27,981 bases of DNA from Chloroflexota bacterium (lineage in GTDB: Bacteria; Chloroflexota; Anaerolineae; UBA7937; JACPPX01). Position 1 is the first letter of the stretch. Every line of letters starts with the position of its first letter. The DNA lies in NCBI GenBank assembly GCA_016190785.1, contig JACPPX010000118.1:1-27981 (forward strand), given 5' to 3'. A program made the position numbers and the translations under genes. The notes under the pieces were generated by a model. It saw only the letters and a list, made by a program, of their open reading frames with translations, searched no databases and was not told the origin of the DNA. Positions 8,330 through 17,858 of this stretch are shown here, one piece after another.

Positions 8330-11314
8330 ATGCGGAATAACAATCGCTATCGCTACCAGTATATCATCCGTCGTCGGGCAAGGTTGAACGGGCGTCGCCG
8401 CAACAGCCGTTCCCTGGGGCAAAAGTTCCTGCTTGCCGTCATCCTGGCGGTGGTCATCCCCTTTGGATTGACCTTCGCCAGCGGGGTAGCGACCGCGGTA
8501 GGAGTCTATTATTACTACACCCGCGACCTACCGCCTCCCGAGGCCGTCCAGACTTTCTCTCAGGAAGGTTTCCAGACAACTAAAATCTACGATCGCACTG
8601 GCACCGTCCTTCTCTGGGAAATATTCGATCCTCGCTGGGGGAACCGAGAGGTAGTGCCACTTTCTCGCATCTCCATATATCTCCGTCAGGCCACTATTTC
8701 CTCCGAGGACCGCGATTTCTATCTCAACCCGGGGATCAACCTCCGCGGCCTTTTACGTGGTGGCCTGGTTACCCTCACCGGCACTATCTGCGAGGTGGAG
8801 AGCCTATCGTTCCTGTGCGATCCTTTGAGCGAACAGCTTCCCTTTTTCCAGGCTGGGGCCATCCAGGGAGGAAGTTCCATAACCCAGCAGTTAGTCAAAA
8901 ACGTAGTTATCCCCCTGGAGGAGCGTTATGAAAGGAGCATCCCTCGCAAAATCAAAGAAGTTCTACTTTCTCTGGAGCTCACCCGCCGCTACAACAAAGA
9001 CCAGATCCTTGAGTGGTATCTCAACACTGTCGATTACGGGAACCTTGCCTATGGGGTTGAAGCCGCAGCCCAGGCCTATTTTGGGAAACATGTTTGGGAA
9101 CTGGATCTAGCGGAATCTGCCCTCCTCGCCGGCCTCCCCCAATCTCCGGGGCTCAATAACCCCATTTACTATCCGGAGAGGGCGCGGGGGGTACAAAGTC
9201 GAGTACTGGAAGCTATGTACCGCGATGGGTATATTACTCTACAGCAGATGGAAGAGGCCAAGACAGAATTCGACGGTTTTGAGTTTCGACCACAACGTTT
9301 TGAGATCACTGCCCCCCATTTTGTGGATTATGTCCGCCAGGTCCTAGAGGAAAAGTACGGCACCGATCGCGTCCTGCAGGGAGGATTGCGGGTCTACACC
9401 ACCATCAATCTGGAATGGCAAAGCATAGCTGAGCAGGCCTGCCGCAATAACTTGCAGCGACTCAAGGAGCAAGGGGCGAATGTCACCAACTGCGCAGAGG
9501 TGTCCATCGATCCCCGCACCGGAGAGATTTTGGTCATGGTCGGGAGCCCTGACTATTGGAATGAGAAAATCGATGGCCAGGTCAACAACGCCCTCTCCCT
9601 CCGCCAGCCGGGATCCTCGATCAAGGTCTTCACTTACACCACCGCCTTTCTCAAAGGATATACCCCGGCAACGATGATTATGGATATCCGCACCACCTTT
9701 GACGATTACCCCAATCCTCCTTATACCCCGGAGAACCATGACCGTAAGTATCACGGGCCTTTGCGGCTGCGACAAGCTTTAGGCAACTCCATTAATGTCC
9801 CCGCCGTCCGTCTACTCTATGATGTGGGACTCCAAAATATGCTGGCCACCGCCCACCGTTTGGGGATCAACACTCTGCGCGAGGAGGGGCGTTACGGATT
9901 GAGCCTCACCCTGGGAGGAGGGGAAGTCACCCTACTGGATATGACCTATGCCTACGGGGTTTTCGCCAACAACGGAATGATGGCCGGAGAGCCGGTGCCC
10001 CCCGAGCGGTTGACCGCTGGATTTCGTCAGCTGGATCCAGTGGCCATCCTCCGGGTAGAAGATGCGCAAGGGAATGTCTTGGAAGAATATCGCTCTCCCC
10101 ACACCCAACAGGTGCTCGATGCCCGGGTGGCTTATCTGATCACTGACATCCTCTCCGACCGCTCGGCTCGCTCCATAACCTATACCCCGGGAGGGCCTCT
10201 GGAGCTCAGTCGGCCCGCAGCGGCAAAAACCGGGACCACGGACGATTATCGGGACGCCTGGACCATCGGTTACACTCCTCAGCTCGTTACCGGGGTTTGG
10301 GTGGGTAACGCCAATGGAGAACCGATGGAGCGGGTCTTTGGCTCGCGGGGGGCAGGGCCGATATGGCATGAAGTAATGGAAGCCATACTGGCCAATTATC
10401 CGATAGAGCAATTCACCGAGCCCCCGGGGATGGAGCGGGTAACGGTAGATTCTACCTCCGGGCTATTACCTACAGAGTATTCTCCCTCGACAGTGCAGGA
10501 AATATTCATCAGGGGGACGGCCCCCACCACCAACGATAATATCCACCAGGCCTTCCGCATCTACGTTCCCACCAACAAACTGGCTACCGCCAATTGTCCT
10601 CCGGATCAAGTGGCGGTGATGGTCTATTCCATCTTCCCCCGCGAGGCCACGGATTGGGTGCGGGAAAATGGCATTCCTCAGCCCCCCACGGAATATGAGC
10701 CTTCCTGCGGTGGCGGCCCATTATCGGGAGATGCAGCCATCACCAGCCCCGGCTCCTACGGATATGTACACGGGATATTCCCCATCCAGGGTTTTGCCCG
10801 TGGTGACGGCTTTGAACTCTACCGCCTCCACTTCGGAGAAGGTTTTAACCCCGGCGCTTGGTTCCCGATAGGTGGAGACCACTACAATGTGGTAGAGGGT
10901 GGAGTACTGGAGAATTGGGATACTACTTCTTTGCGGGAGGGGCTATACAGCCTGCAGTTGACCGTTATCAAGGGCGGCCAGCCGCATACGGCTACAATCC
11001 AAGTCACTGTAGACAACACCCCCCCGCGGGTGGTTATCACTTATCCTCCCCAGGGATCTTCATTTACCGCTGACGAGGATGAATGGGTTACCATCCATGC
11101 CGAGGCCACCGATAACTTCTCCATGGGCCGAGTAGACTTCTATGTTGATGGCGTTTTCCTCTTCACCGATACAGTAAGCTCTTACAACCAGCGTTGGACA
11201 ATAGTGCCTGTGAATAATACCCAGAATCACTCTCTCTGGGTGGTAGCCTACGATGCTGCCGGCAATTCTGCGGAAAGCGGCAAGGTCAACTTCCAGATCC
11301 GGCCCGATGAATAG
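8330..11314 (+). CDS. Class A penicillin-binding protein (transglycosylase + transpeptidase) with C-terminal Ig-like domains
   Basis: Arg-rich N-tail plus TM; TG motifs SEDRDFY, GGSSITQQLVKN, RKIKE; TP motifs GSSIK, NSIN, KTGT; C-terminal VDNTPPRV...VAYDAAGN Ig-like fold. Exact start uncertain. Confidence 0.93.
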   Translation: MRNNNRYRYQYIIRRRARLNGRRRNSRSLGQKFLLAVILAVVIPFGLTFASGVATAVGVYYYYTRDLPPPEAVQTFSQEGFQTTKIYDRTGTVLLWEIFDPRWGNREVVPLSRISIYLRQATISSEDRDFYLNPGINLRGLLRGGLVTLTGTICEVESLSFLCDPLSEQLPFFQAGAIQGGSSITQQLVKNVVIPLEERYERSIPRKIKEVLLSLELTRRYNKDQILEWYLNTVDYGNLAYGVEAAAQAYFGKHVWELDLAESALLAGLPQSPGLNNPIYYPERARGVQSRVLEAMYRDGYITLQQMEEAKTEFDGFEFRPQRFEITAPHFVDYVRQVLEEKYGTDRVLQGGLRVYTTINLEWQSIAEQACRNNLQRLKEQGANVTNCAEVSIDPRTGEILVMVGSPDYWNEKIDGQVNNALSLRQPGSSIKVFTYTTAFLKGYTPATMIMDIRTTFDDYPNPPYTPENHDRKYHGPLRLRQALGNSINVPAVRLLYDVGLQNMLATAHRLGINTLREEGRYGLSLTLGGGEVTLLDMTYAYGVFANNGMMAGEPVPPERLTAGFRQLDPVAILRVEDAQGNVLEEYRSPHTQQVLDARVAYLITDILSDRSARSITYTPGGPLELSRPAAAKTGTTDDYRDAWTIGYTPQLVTGVWVGNANGEPMERVFGSRGAGPIWHEVMEAILANYPIEQFTEPPGMERVTVDSTSGLLPTEYSPSTVQEIFIRGTAPTTNDNIHQAFRIYVPTNKLATANCPPDQVAVMVYSIFPREATDWVRENGIPQPPTEYEPSCGGGPLSGDAAITSPGSYGYVHGIFPIQGFARGDGFELYRLHFGEGFNPGAWFPIGGDHYNVVEGGVLENWDTTSLREGLYSLQLTVIKGGQPHTATIQVTVDNTPPRVVITYPPQGSSFTADEDEWVTIHAEATDNFSMGRVDFYVDGVFLFTDTVSSYNQRWTIVPVNNTQNHSLWVVAYDAAGNSAESGKVNFQIRPDE

Positions 11315-11317
11315 GCC

Positions 11318-11383
11318 ATGGCTGAGGTGGAGGACATATTCTACGGTCTTCCCCGGCACCTGGAACTTAGACCTCTGCACTAG
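11318..11383 (+). CDS. Possible 21-aa mini-ORF MAEVEDIFYGLPRHLELRPLH
   Basis: ATG 3 nt after the PBP stop; its TAG directly precedes the surE ATG. No homology evidence. Confidence 0.25.
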   Translation: MAEVEDIFYGLPRHLELRPLH

Positions 11384-12148
11384 ATGATCCGCGTCCTGGT
11401 TACTAACGACGACGGCATCTCCTCCCTCGGTTTGCGGGCCCTAGCGGTTGCTCTGCGGGAAGTCGGGGAAGTAACCACCCTGGCCCCCGACCACAACTGG
11501 TCGGCTTCCGGCCATAACAAGACCATGCACAAACCCCTGCGTATCGACCCGGTCACTCTTCCCGATGGCTCCCCAGCCCATGTCTCCAGCGGCTCCCCCT
11601 CCGATTGTGTGGCCCTCGCTCTCTTGGGTTTTATGTCCCCGCCTCCGGATTTAGTGATCTCCGGGATCAATATCGGTGCAAATCTGGGGAGCGATGTCCA
11701 TTACTCCGGCACCGTAGCTGCCGCTCGGGAAGCGGTGATTTACGGCCTCCCAGCCATCTCCGTATCTATGGAATCCGACGAGCAAGGTGACTTTCTGGCG
11801 GCTGCCCAATTCGTAGCCCGGCTGGCGAAGAAAGTGATGGAGAACGGATTGCCCCGCGGTATCCTCCTTAACGTCAATCTCCCCGACCTGCGGGATGGAC
11901 CACCCAGTGGAGTGGAGATCACCCGCTTAGGAAAAAGGGTCTATCAGGATGTGCTGGTGGAACGACAGGATCCCCGCGGCCGTAATTATTACTGGATCGG
12001 AGGGGAGCGGCCAGTGGGAGTATCAGAAGAAGGCGCCGATGTCTGGGCTTTGGAGAAGCGGCGCATCTCTATCACCCCTCTCCATCTGGATCTGACCTTT
12101 GGCCAAATAATCCCCCGCCTGCAAGGCTGGAGCCTTTCATATTTCTGA
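11384..12148 (+). CDS. surE: 5'/3'-nucleotidase SurE
   Basis: LVTNDDG, SGINIGANLG, YSGTVAAA motifs. Confidence 0.97.
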   Translation: MIRVLVTNDDGISSLGLRALAVALREVGEVTTLAPDHNWSASGHNKTMHKPLRIDPVTLPDGSPAHVSSGSPSDCVALALLGFMSPPPDLVISGINIGANLGSDVHYSGTVAAAREAVIYGLPAISVSMESDEQGDFLAAAQFVARLAKKVMENGLPRGILLNVNLPDLRDGPPSGVEITRLGKRVYQDVLVERQDPRGRNYYWIGGERPVGVSEEGADVWALEKRRISITPLHLDLTFGQIIPRLQGWSLSYF

Positions 12149-12175
12149 GGCTATGGACCGGCCACGCCCTGAGCA

Positions 12176-12204
12176 TTGACTTCGCTGGAAGGCAGTCGTA
12201 TAAT
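12176..12204 (+). promoter_or_regulatory. sigma70-type promoter of ilvE
   Basis: TTGACT (12176-12181), 17 bp, TATAAT (12199-12204). Confidence 0.8.
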
Positions 12205-12278
12205 AAGGATTGGCACCAACGAGGGCAACGGACAATGAAGTCTACCCCGATCAAGGGGAAATCCAAGGAAGGAGAAAA

Positions 12279-13244
12279 ATGGGCCAAACCAAGTTTGCCT
12301 TCTTTGAAGGAGAGATAGTTCCCATAGAGCAAGCTAAGATCAGCATCATGACCCATGCCTTCAATTACGGTACCGGGGTGTTTGCCGGGATCCGGGGCTA
12401 TTGGAACCAGGACGAAGAAGAAATGTACATCGTCCACCTCAAGAAACACTATGAACGTTTCCAACGTTCCTGCAAACTGATGATGATCAATCTCCCCTAC
12501 AGCGTTGATGATTTTTTCCAAATCACTCTTGAACTCTTACGCAAAGAGGGCTTTCGTGAAGACACTTATATCCGTCCCCTGGCCTACAAATCTACCCCAC
12601 AGATCGGAGTGCGGCTCCACAACCTGGAGGACGCTTTTGCCCTCTTCGCCACTCCCTTTGGAAGCTACATCGGCAACGAGGAAGCAGCCAAGGCAGGAGT
12701 TTCATCCTGGATTCGTCTCCCAGATAATGCCATCCCTGCCCGGGGAAAAATCACTGGGGCCTACGTCAACTCTGCCTTCATCAAAACCGAAGCAGCGCTT
12801 AATGGCTTCGATGAGGCAATAGTCCTCACCCGCGATGGGCATGTCTCGGAGGGGAGCGCAGAAAACCTGTTCATCGTCCGCGAAGGTATACTGGTCACCC
12901 CTCCAATTAGCGATGACATCCTGGAGGGCATTACCCGCGCCAGCATTATCGAGCTGGCCAAGAATGAACTAGGCAGAGAAGTCCAAGAACGTCACATTGA
13001 CCGCAGCGAACTATATGTGGCTGAGGAGGCTTTCTACTGTGGGACCGGGGTACAGATTGTAGCCATCACCGAAATAGATCATCGCCCCGTGGGTGAGGGA
13101 AAGATAGGTCCCGTTGCCGCTCAGTTGAGAGAAATCTACTTCAATATCGTCCGCGGGCGGAACAAAAAGTATTCCCATTGGGTAACCCCAGTGTATGCTT
13201 CGGCCAAGGCCACCCTGGAGAAAGCCCCGGTCGCCGCAACCTGA
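12279..13244 (+). CDS. ilvE: Branched-chain amino acid aminotransferase (PLP fold IV)
   Basis: HAFNYGTGVFAGIR, YIRP, GKITGAY, EGSAENLF, LEGITR, GTG motifs. Start reassigned to ATG 12279 (SD AAGGAG). Confidence 0.94.
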   Translation: MGQTKFAFFEGEIVPIEQAKISIMTHAFNYGTGVFAGIRGYWNQDEEEMYIVHLKKHYERFQRSCKLMMINLPYSVDDFFQITLELLRKEGFREDTYIRPLAYKSTPQIGVRLHNLEDAFALFATPFGSYIGNEEAAKAGVSSWIRLPDNAIPARGKITGAYVNSAFIKTEAALNGFDEAIVLTRDGHVSEGSAENLFIVREGILVTPPISDDILEGITRASIIELAKNELGREVQERHIDRSELYVAEEAFYCGTGVQIVAITEIDHRPVGEGKIGPVAAQLREIYFNIVRGRNKKYSHWVTPVYASAKATLEKAPVAAT

Positions 13245-13259
13245 AACCCCACTAAACCT

Positions 13260-13299
13260 GAAAGGGGGAGAATTTAAAATTCTCCCCTTTCTTCTTTTT
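13260..13299 (+). terminator. Intrinsic terminator after ilvE
   Basis: GAAAGGGGGAGAATT-taa-AATTCTCCCCTTTC hairpin followed by TTCTTTTT. Confidence 0.8.
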
Positions 13300-13358
13300 C
13301 GGCGGCTCTCGACACTAGGGGAGGGCGCGATGGGGCTTGATATATAATTAGTGACAAG

Positions 13359-14255
13359 ATGATAGAGTGGAGACCTCCCCGGCTCCGTAACGGAGTTATC
13401 GTTTTCCTCCTCTTGCTGGCTTTGGCCGCCACGGACGGCGGGGTCATCTATGGGATGCTATCCCGATCCCCCTCCACTATCACTTTTGCCCTGGGGTTGG
13501 GGGTGGCTCTCAGTATTCCACTGCTCGCTATCCTGGCCTATCGGCTCTATGAAATATGGAGCCTGCGCTACCTTTTAGGTCGTGATTCTCTTACCATCCT
13601 CTGCGGGGGGCGGGGGTATTTGGTCCCTCTCCATCAAATTCAAGGCATACTTCACGGCCCGGAATTTGCTGAGGAAATTGACCTAAATGGCCGAAGAAAT
13701 GGCTGGGGAGGATGGATCGGTCAGGGAAAGACAAAAGGAGGAGGCCAGGTACTTTTCCTAGCCACCCGTCCTATGGTCGAGCAGGTAGCACTCAAAACCG
13801 AAAAGCAAGTTTATGCCCTCTCCCCAGCCAATACCACGGGGTTTATCTTGGCCCTTCAAGCGCGCCGCAACCTGGGCCCGGTGCAGAACATTGAAGAGAA
13901 GGCAACGATTGCCGAATGGCTAACTCTGCCCATACGCCGCGATCGGTTGGCCCTCGGTTTACTGGGAGTGGGGATCCTAGCCAATATCCTCCTCTACGGC
14001 TATGTGCTTTCCAGACTTCCTGCTCTCTTCCCCATCCTCCCCATGCACTACAACGCCTGGGGGGTTGTGGACCGGATTGAGCCCCGAGGAGAACTGCTAT
14101 TATTGCCCACTATCGGTCTCATCGTCTTGATTTTCAATTCCCTTTTGGGAACATTTCTCCATCGCCGTGAACCTTTGGCCGCTTATCTACTTTTGGGAAT
14201 GGCTATCACGGTACAGCTGGTCTTAGCCGTGGCGGTGATCAACATAATCTCTTAG
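13359..14255 (+). CDS. Membrane protein with a bacterial PH-like domain and a C-terminal DUF1648-like region
   Basis: Two N-terminal TMs; soluble region YLVPLHQIQGI...VALKTEKQVYALSP; LPMHYNAWGVVDR plus three TMs. Confidence 0.7.
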   Translation: MIEWRPPRLRNGVIVFLLLLALAATDGGVIYGMLSRSPSTITFALGLGVALSIPLLAILAYRLYEIWSLRYLLGRDSLTILCGGRGYLVPLHQIQGILHGPEFAEEIDLNGRRNGWGGWIGQGKTKGGGQVLFLATRPMVEQVALKTEKQVYALSPANTTGFILALQARRNLGPVQNIEEKATIAEWLTLPIRRDRLALGLLGVGILANILLYGYVLSRLPALFPILPMHYNAWGVVDRIEPRGELLLLPTIGLIVLIFNSLLGTFLHRREPLAAYLLLGMAITVQLVLAVAVINIIS

Positions 14256-14262
14256 TGCAACT

Positions 14263-14823
14263 CTAGGCCCGAGATTGCCTCTGCAGTCGGGCGCTGAGTT
14301 TTGAGGAAAGTTCTGCTAAAAGCCCAGAAAACTTCTCACCTTTGAGATCGGGGATGGTCATCAAAAGAGCGTCTTCCCGGTTATCGCTATAATATTCCTT
14401 GCGGACTCCGCTTTCTCGGAAACCGTACTTGTGGTACAAACCCTGTGCCCCGCCGTTAGAGACCCGCACCTCCAAAGTCATGAGATCCGCCCCTAGAGAT
14501 AAGGCGTGCTCAATCATAGCTTCGAGGAGGAGCTCGCCCAACCCTGTGCGCCGATAATCGGGGTGGACGGCAATGGTGGAGATATGTGCCTCCCCCGTCA
14601 CCAGCCAGAACCCACCGTAACCTACCACCGGCCCCTTTTCTGCAGGATAGGAAAGTGAGGGGCGGGCCACAAAATATTGAGCCCGATCGTTCTGGGCCAG
14701 TTCATAGCGATAGGCACTGGCCGGCCAGGGATTGGGAAACGATTGTCGCTCGATAGCCAGCACCTCCGAGATATCGGGGATGGCCATGGGCTCCACCTTG
14801 TAAGCCAAACCTTTATATTCCAT
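14263..14823 (-). CDS. rimI: Ribosomal-protein-alanine N-acetyltransferase (GNAT)
   Basis: EAHISTIAVHPDYRRTGLG, LEVRVSN, YYSDNREDALLM; lies downstream of tsaB. Confidence 0.92.
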   Translation of the reverse strand: MEYKGLAYKVEPMAIPDISEVLAIERQSFPNPWPASAYRYELAQNDRAQYFVARPSLSYPAEKGPVVGYGGFWLVTGEAHISTIAVHPDYRRTGLGELLLEAMIEHALSLGADLMTLEVRVSNGGAQGLYHKYGFRESGVRKEYYSDNREDALLMTIPDLKGEKFSGLLAELSSKLSARLQRQSRA

Positions 14824-14846
14824 AGACTATTCGCGATTAAAGCATA

Positions 14847-15485
14847 CTAATCCGAGGATAGGTATATTGGTTCTAATTCGTGGAGATTATCAACCTCTCC
14901 CCTCTCTATCCTTTCCCATCCTAAGCGGGAAAGGGTTGGCCAACGAAAAACCTCAGGAAAGACTACCGTTCCGGCATGGCGCTGATCCAAAAACAAAGTG
15001 GGGTCGTTGATCTCTCCGCAAAATATGGCTGTTCCCTCTACTTCATGGGCCAGGGTCGGGAGGGTGGTCAATCGGTATTCCCCGCTTCTTTCCCATTTTC
15101 CACCAACGCTGGAATAGGGGGTAACACTGACACGTCCTCTCCCCGCCTCCAATAGTGCATACAGAGGAAAAGGGGCAACCCTTTGGGAATGGGCCAGGGC
15201 GTCGGGGGTGGTGATGCCCACCAGGGGGAGGGAATTGGCCAGAGCCAACCCTTTGGCCAGGCTGAGTCCCGCCCTGGTCCCAGTGAAGGATCCGGGACCC
15301 AGGGCCACCACCACGCCATCGACTTTAGTGAGCCCTTCCGGCCCTAACAGTTTATCCAGCCGCGGGGCCAGGGCTACAGTATGGTCCTGATCTGCAGTCC
15401 AAAATTCCCGAGCCAGAACCCCAGGCTTAGGCTCATACAAAGCCAGGCTGCAATTTTTGGTCGAAGTATCAATACTCAAAATCAA
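14847..15485 (-). CDS. tsaB: tRNA t6A biosynthesis protein TsaB
   Basis: ILSIDTS, GPGSFTGTRAGL, LEPIYL; TTG start with SD AAGGAGG. Confidence 0.93.
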   Translation of the reverse strand: MILSIDTSTKNCSLALYEPKPGVLAREFWTADQDHTVALAPRLDKLLGPEGLTKVDGVVVALGPGSFTGTRAGLSLAKGLALANSLPLVGITTPDALAHSQRVAPFPLYALLEAGRGRVSVTPYSSVGGKWERSGEYRLTTLPTLAHEVEGTAIFCGEINDPTLFLDQRHAGTVVFPEVFRWPTLSRLGWERIERGEVDNLHELEPIYLSSD

Positions 15486-15488
15486 CCT

Positions 15489-16010
15489 CTATCCTCCCTT
15501 TCCCCCAGCGCAACGAGTCGAGAGCTTTGCCAATTCCTGCAAAATCGCTTCATATTTGGCTCCCTGAGCAAGAATTTGGATCTGGCGTTCCTCGCCATCT
15601 CCGAAATCAATTTTAATCCATAAATTTTCTTCCGGAAGAAGTTCGCTTCCCTTTTCCGCCCACTCCACAACCGCCACTCCCTTGCCCCAGATCAATTCCT
15701 CCAGTCCCGCCCAGGTGAACTCCTGCGGTTTATCGATGCGGTAGAGGTCCAGATGATAAAGTGGCAATTCGTTTCCGATGTAAGTGGCCGCTAGGGTAAA
15801 GGTCGGGCTGGTCACCGGCCCTTCGACTCCCAACCCCCTGGCAATGCCTTGAATGAGGGTTGTTTTGCCGCTCCCCAGTTCTCCTTCCAGACCAATTACC
15901 TCCCCGCCGTACAATAGGCTAGCCAAGGCTTTGCCTAGCGTCCGCGTTTCTTCAGGAGAGTGGGTGATGACCTGGAGAGTTTGCACTACTTTCGGTCTAG
16001 CCTCCGACAT
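15489..16010 (-). CDS. tsaE: tRNA t6A biosynthesis ATPase TsaE
   Basis: GELGSGKTT P-loop, SPTFTL, HLDLYR, VVEWAE. Start reassigned to ATG 16010 because TTGTCG-N17-TATAAT lies at 16051-16023. Confidence 0.93.
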   Translation of the reverse strand: MSEARPKVVQTLQVITHSPEETRTLGKALASLLYGGEVIGLEGELGSGKTTLIQGIARGLGVEGPVTSPTFTLAATYIGNELPLYHLDLYRIDKPQEFTWAGLEELIWGKGVAVVEWAEKGSELLPEENLWIKIDFGDGEERQIQILAQGAKYEAILQELAKLSTRCAGGKGG

Positions 16011-16097
16011 CGCTCGACAGCAATTATATTTTTTCACTGGCCTGGCGACAACCGATAATCTGGCTCATCACCGCTTGTCGTGTTAAACTGAGAGGAT

Positions 16098-16829
16098 ATG
16101 CGTTATCTGATCCTCTCCGACATCCATAGCAACCTACCTGCTCTTGAGGCCGTGCTCCAACATGCTGCGGAGCGAGGGTTCGATCTAACCCTCTGCCTGG
16201 GCGATATAGTCGGCTATGGTCCTTACCCTAACCAGTGCACGGAGTGGGTGCGGGAGCATACCCGCACTTGCCTAGCCGGAAACCATGACTGGGCGGTCAT
16301 CGACAAGATGGATATCGCCGATTTCAACCCTACGGCCGCCCAGGCCACACTGTGGACCAGGGAACAACTCAAACCTGAGAACCAGGCTTATCTCCAGGAG
16401 AGGCCCACGGTAGTTGTTGAAGAAGGTTTTACCTTGACCCATGGCAGCCTCCGCGAGCCGGTTTGGGAGTATATCACCGACAACTGGATTGCCCAGCAAA
16501 GTTTCGAACTACTAACCACCACCTTGCTTTTTCACGGCCATACTCATATCCCAGCCGTCTTTCGCGAACAAAGAGACCGGCTGCCGCAGATCGTCCTTCC
16601 CCGCGGCGAGCAGAAAGTTATCTTGGACCAGGGCCGTTTCCTGATCAACCCCGGAGGGGTGGGCCAGCCCCGGGATGGGGATCCCCGGGCCAGTTATCTA
16701 ATCTACGATCAGGCCCAGTCGGCGGTAGAGTTCTACCGCGTGGATTACCCCATCGCCCAGACCCAGGAAGCGATCCTCCAGGCTGGGCTTCCCAAGAGCC
16801 TGGCCCAGCGGCTATCCCTGGGACAGTGA
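16098..16829 (+). CDS. Calcineurin-like metallophosphoesterase
   Basis: SDIHSN, GDIVGYG, GNHD, HGS, GHTH and NPGGVGQPRDG motifs. Confidence 0.93.
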   Translation: MRYLILSDIHSNLPALEAVLQHAAERGFDLTLCLGDIVGYGPYPNQCTEWVREHTRTCLAGNHDWAVIDKMDIADFNPTAAQATLWTREQLKPENQAYLQERPTVVVEEGFTLTHGSLREPVWEYITDNWIAQQSFELLTTTLLFHGHTHIPAVFREQRDRLPQIVLPRGEQKVILDQGRFLINPGGVGQPRDGDPRASYLIYDQAQSAVEFYRVDYPIAQTQEAILQAGLPKSLAQRLSLGQ

Positions 16830-16896
16830 GGGAACCTTTCTTCAGGAGGAAGCGTCTAGGATAGTGAGCAAAAATATCAGAGAAAGGACACCTAAG

Positions 16897-17775
16897 ATGA
16901 AAAGACTGCTTGTGTTCGCTATCCTTACTTTAGCCATTGCTGGCTGTGCCACGGTAGCCCCGACCCCGCCAGATATCGGCATTGCTCCCCTTCCTCCGGA
17001 GAGAGGTCTTGTTGAGCCCGAAGTCCCCGTAGCCGTGCCGGGGGAGGATTTCGCCGGGCAGCCTGAACTCCAAGAGCGGATGATTGTGCGCACCGCAGAA
17101 ATAACGATGGTGGTGGAGAACACTGAGGAAAGCCTGAACCGGATCGAGGCTCTAGCCATACAACTAGGGGGGTATGTATCCAATTCCCAATCTTGGAAGC
17201 AGGAGGAGCAACTCTTTGCCTTTATCACCATTCGCGTCCCGGCCGATCGATTCGATAATGCCCGCCAAGACATAAAAGACTTAGCCGTGGAGCCCCCCAC
17301 CGAGACTCAAAACACCCAGGATGTAACCCAGGAGTTTGTGGACCTGGAGGCCCGTTTGGAGAACCTGCAAAGGACCGAGGAGGAACTACAGATTCTGCTC
17401 ACCGAAGTACGGCAGAGGTCGGGGAAAGTCCAAGACATCCTAGAAATCTTCCGCGAACTAACTGCCATCCGCCAGCAAATCGAACAACTCCAAGGTCAGA
17501 TCCAGTATCTGGATAACCTAGTAGCTCTGGCCTCCATCACCGTGAGCCTATCTCCCCAAGAGCAGGTGGTGGACACCGGATGGGACCCCGGCAAGACGGT
17601 CCGCGAAGCGCTCCACGACTTGGTAGAGGCCCTGCAAGTGCTAGCCGATATTGCCATCCGCCTGCTACTCACCTTCCTGCCCTTGTTCCTACTTTTGTTC
17701 ATCCCCTTTCTGGTTGTATTCTGGTTCGTCCGCCGCTGGTGGCTGGGCCGAATCAAGCCCACTCCCAGCATCTAA
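16897..17775 (+). CDS. DUF4349-family lipoprotein
   Basis: Signal MKRLLVFAILTLAIAGC with lipobox; IVRTAEI, ITIRVPA, QDVTQEFVDLEARL coiled coil; C-terminal TM. Start reassigned to ATG 16897 (SD AGAAAGGA). Confidence 0.85.
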   Translation: MKRLLVFAILTLAIAGCATVAPTPPDIGIAPLPPERGLVEPEVPVAVPGEDFAGQPELQERMIVRTAEITMVVENTEESLNRIEALAIQLGGYVSNSQSWKQEEQLFAFITIRVPADRFDNARQDIKDLAVEPPTETQNTQDVTQEFVDLEARLENLQRTEEELQILLTEVRQRSGKVQDILEIFRELTAIRQQIEQLQGQIQYLDNLVALASITVSLSPQEQVVDTGWDPGKTVREALHDLVEALQVLADIAIRLLLTFLPLFLLLFIPFLVVFWFVRRWWLGRIKPTPSI

Positions 17776-17793
17776 CACCGCCAATTTCAAAGC

Positions 17794-17827
17794 AACGGCC
17801 CCGGCTCAAACCGGGGCCGTTTGTTTC
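17794..17827. terminator. Bidirectional terminator between convergent genes
   Basis: AACGGCCCCGG-ctcaaa-CCGGGGCCGTT, an 11-bp perfect stem with A/T-rich flanks. Confidence 0.8.
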
Positions 17828-17858
17828 TATAGAATATTTGCCGAGCAATGCTCGTCGA

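Noticed and set aside
12211-12278. T-box or leader-peptide control of ilvE
   Set aside because: The leader is only ~68 nt, with no T-box sequence, no terminator and no Ile/Leu/Val-rich uORF.
14263-16010. tsaE-tsaB-rimI cluster without tsaD
   Set aside because: This is a common arrangement, and tsaD is often encoded elsewhere.
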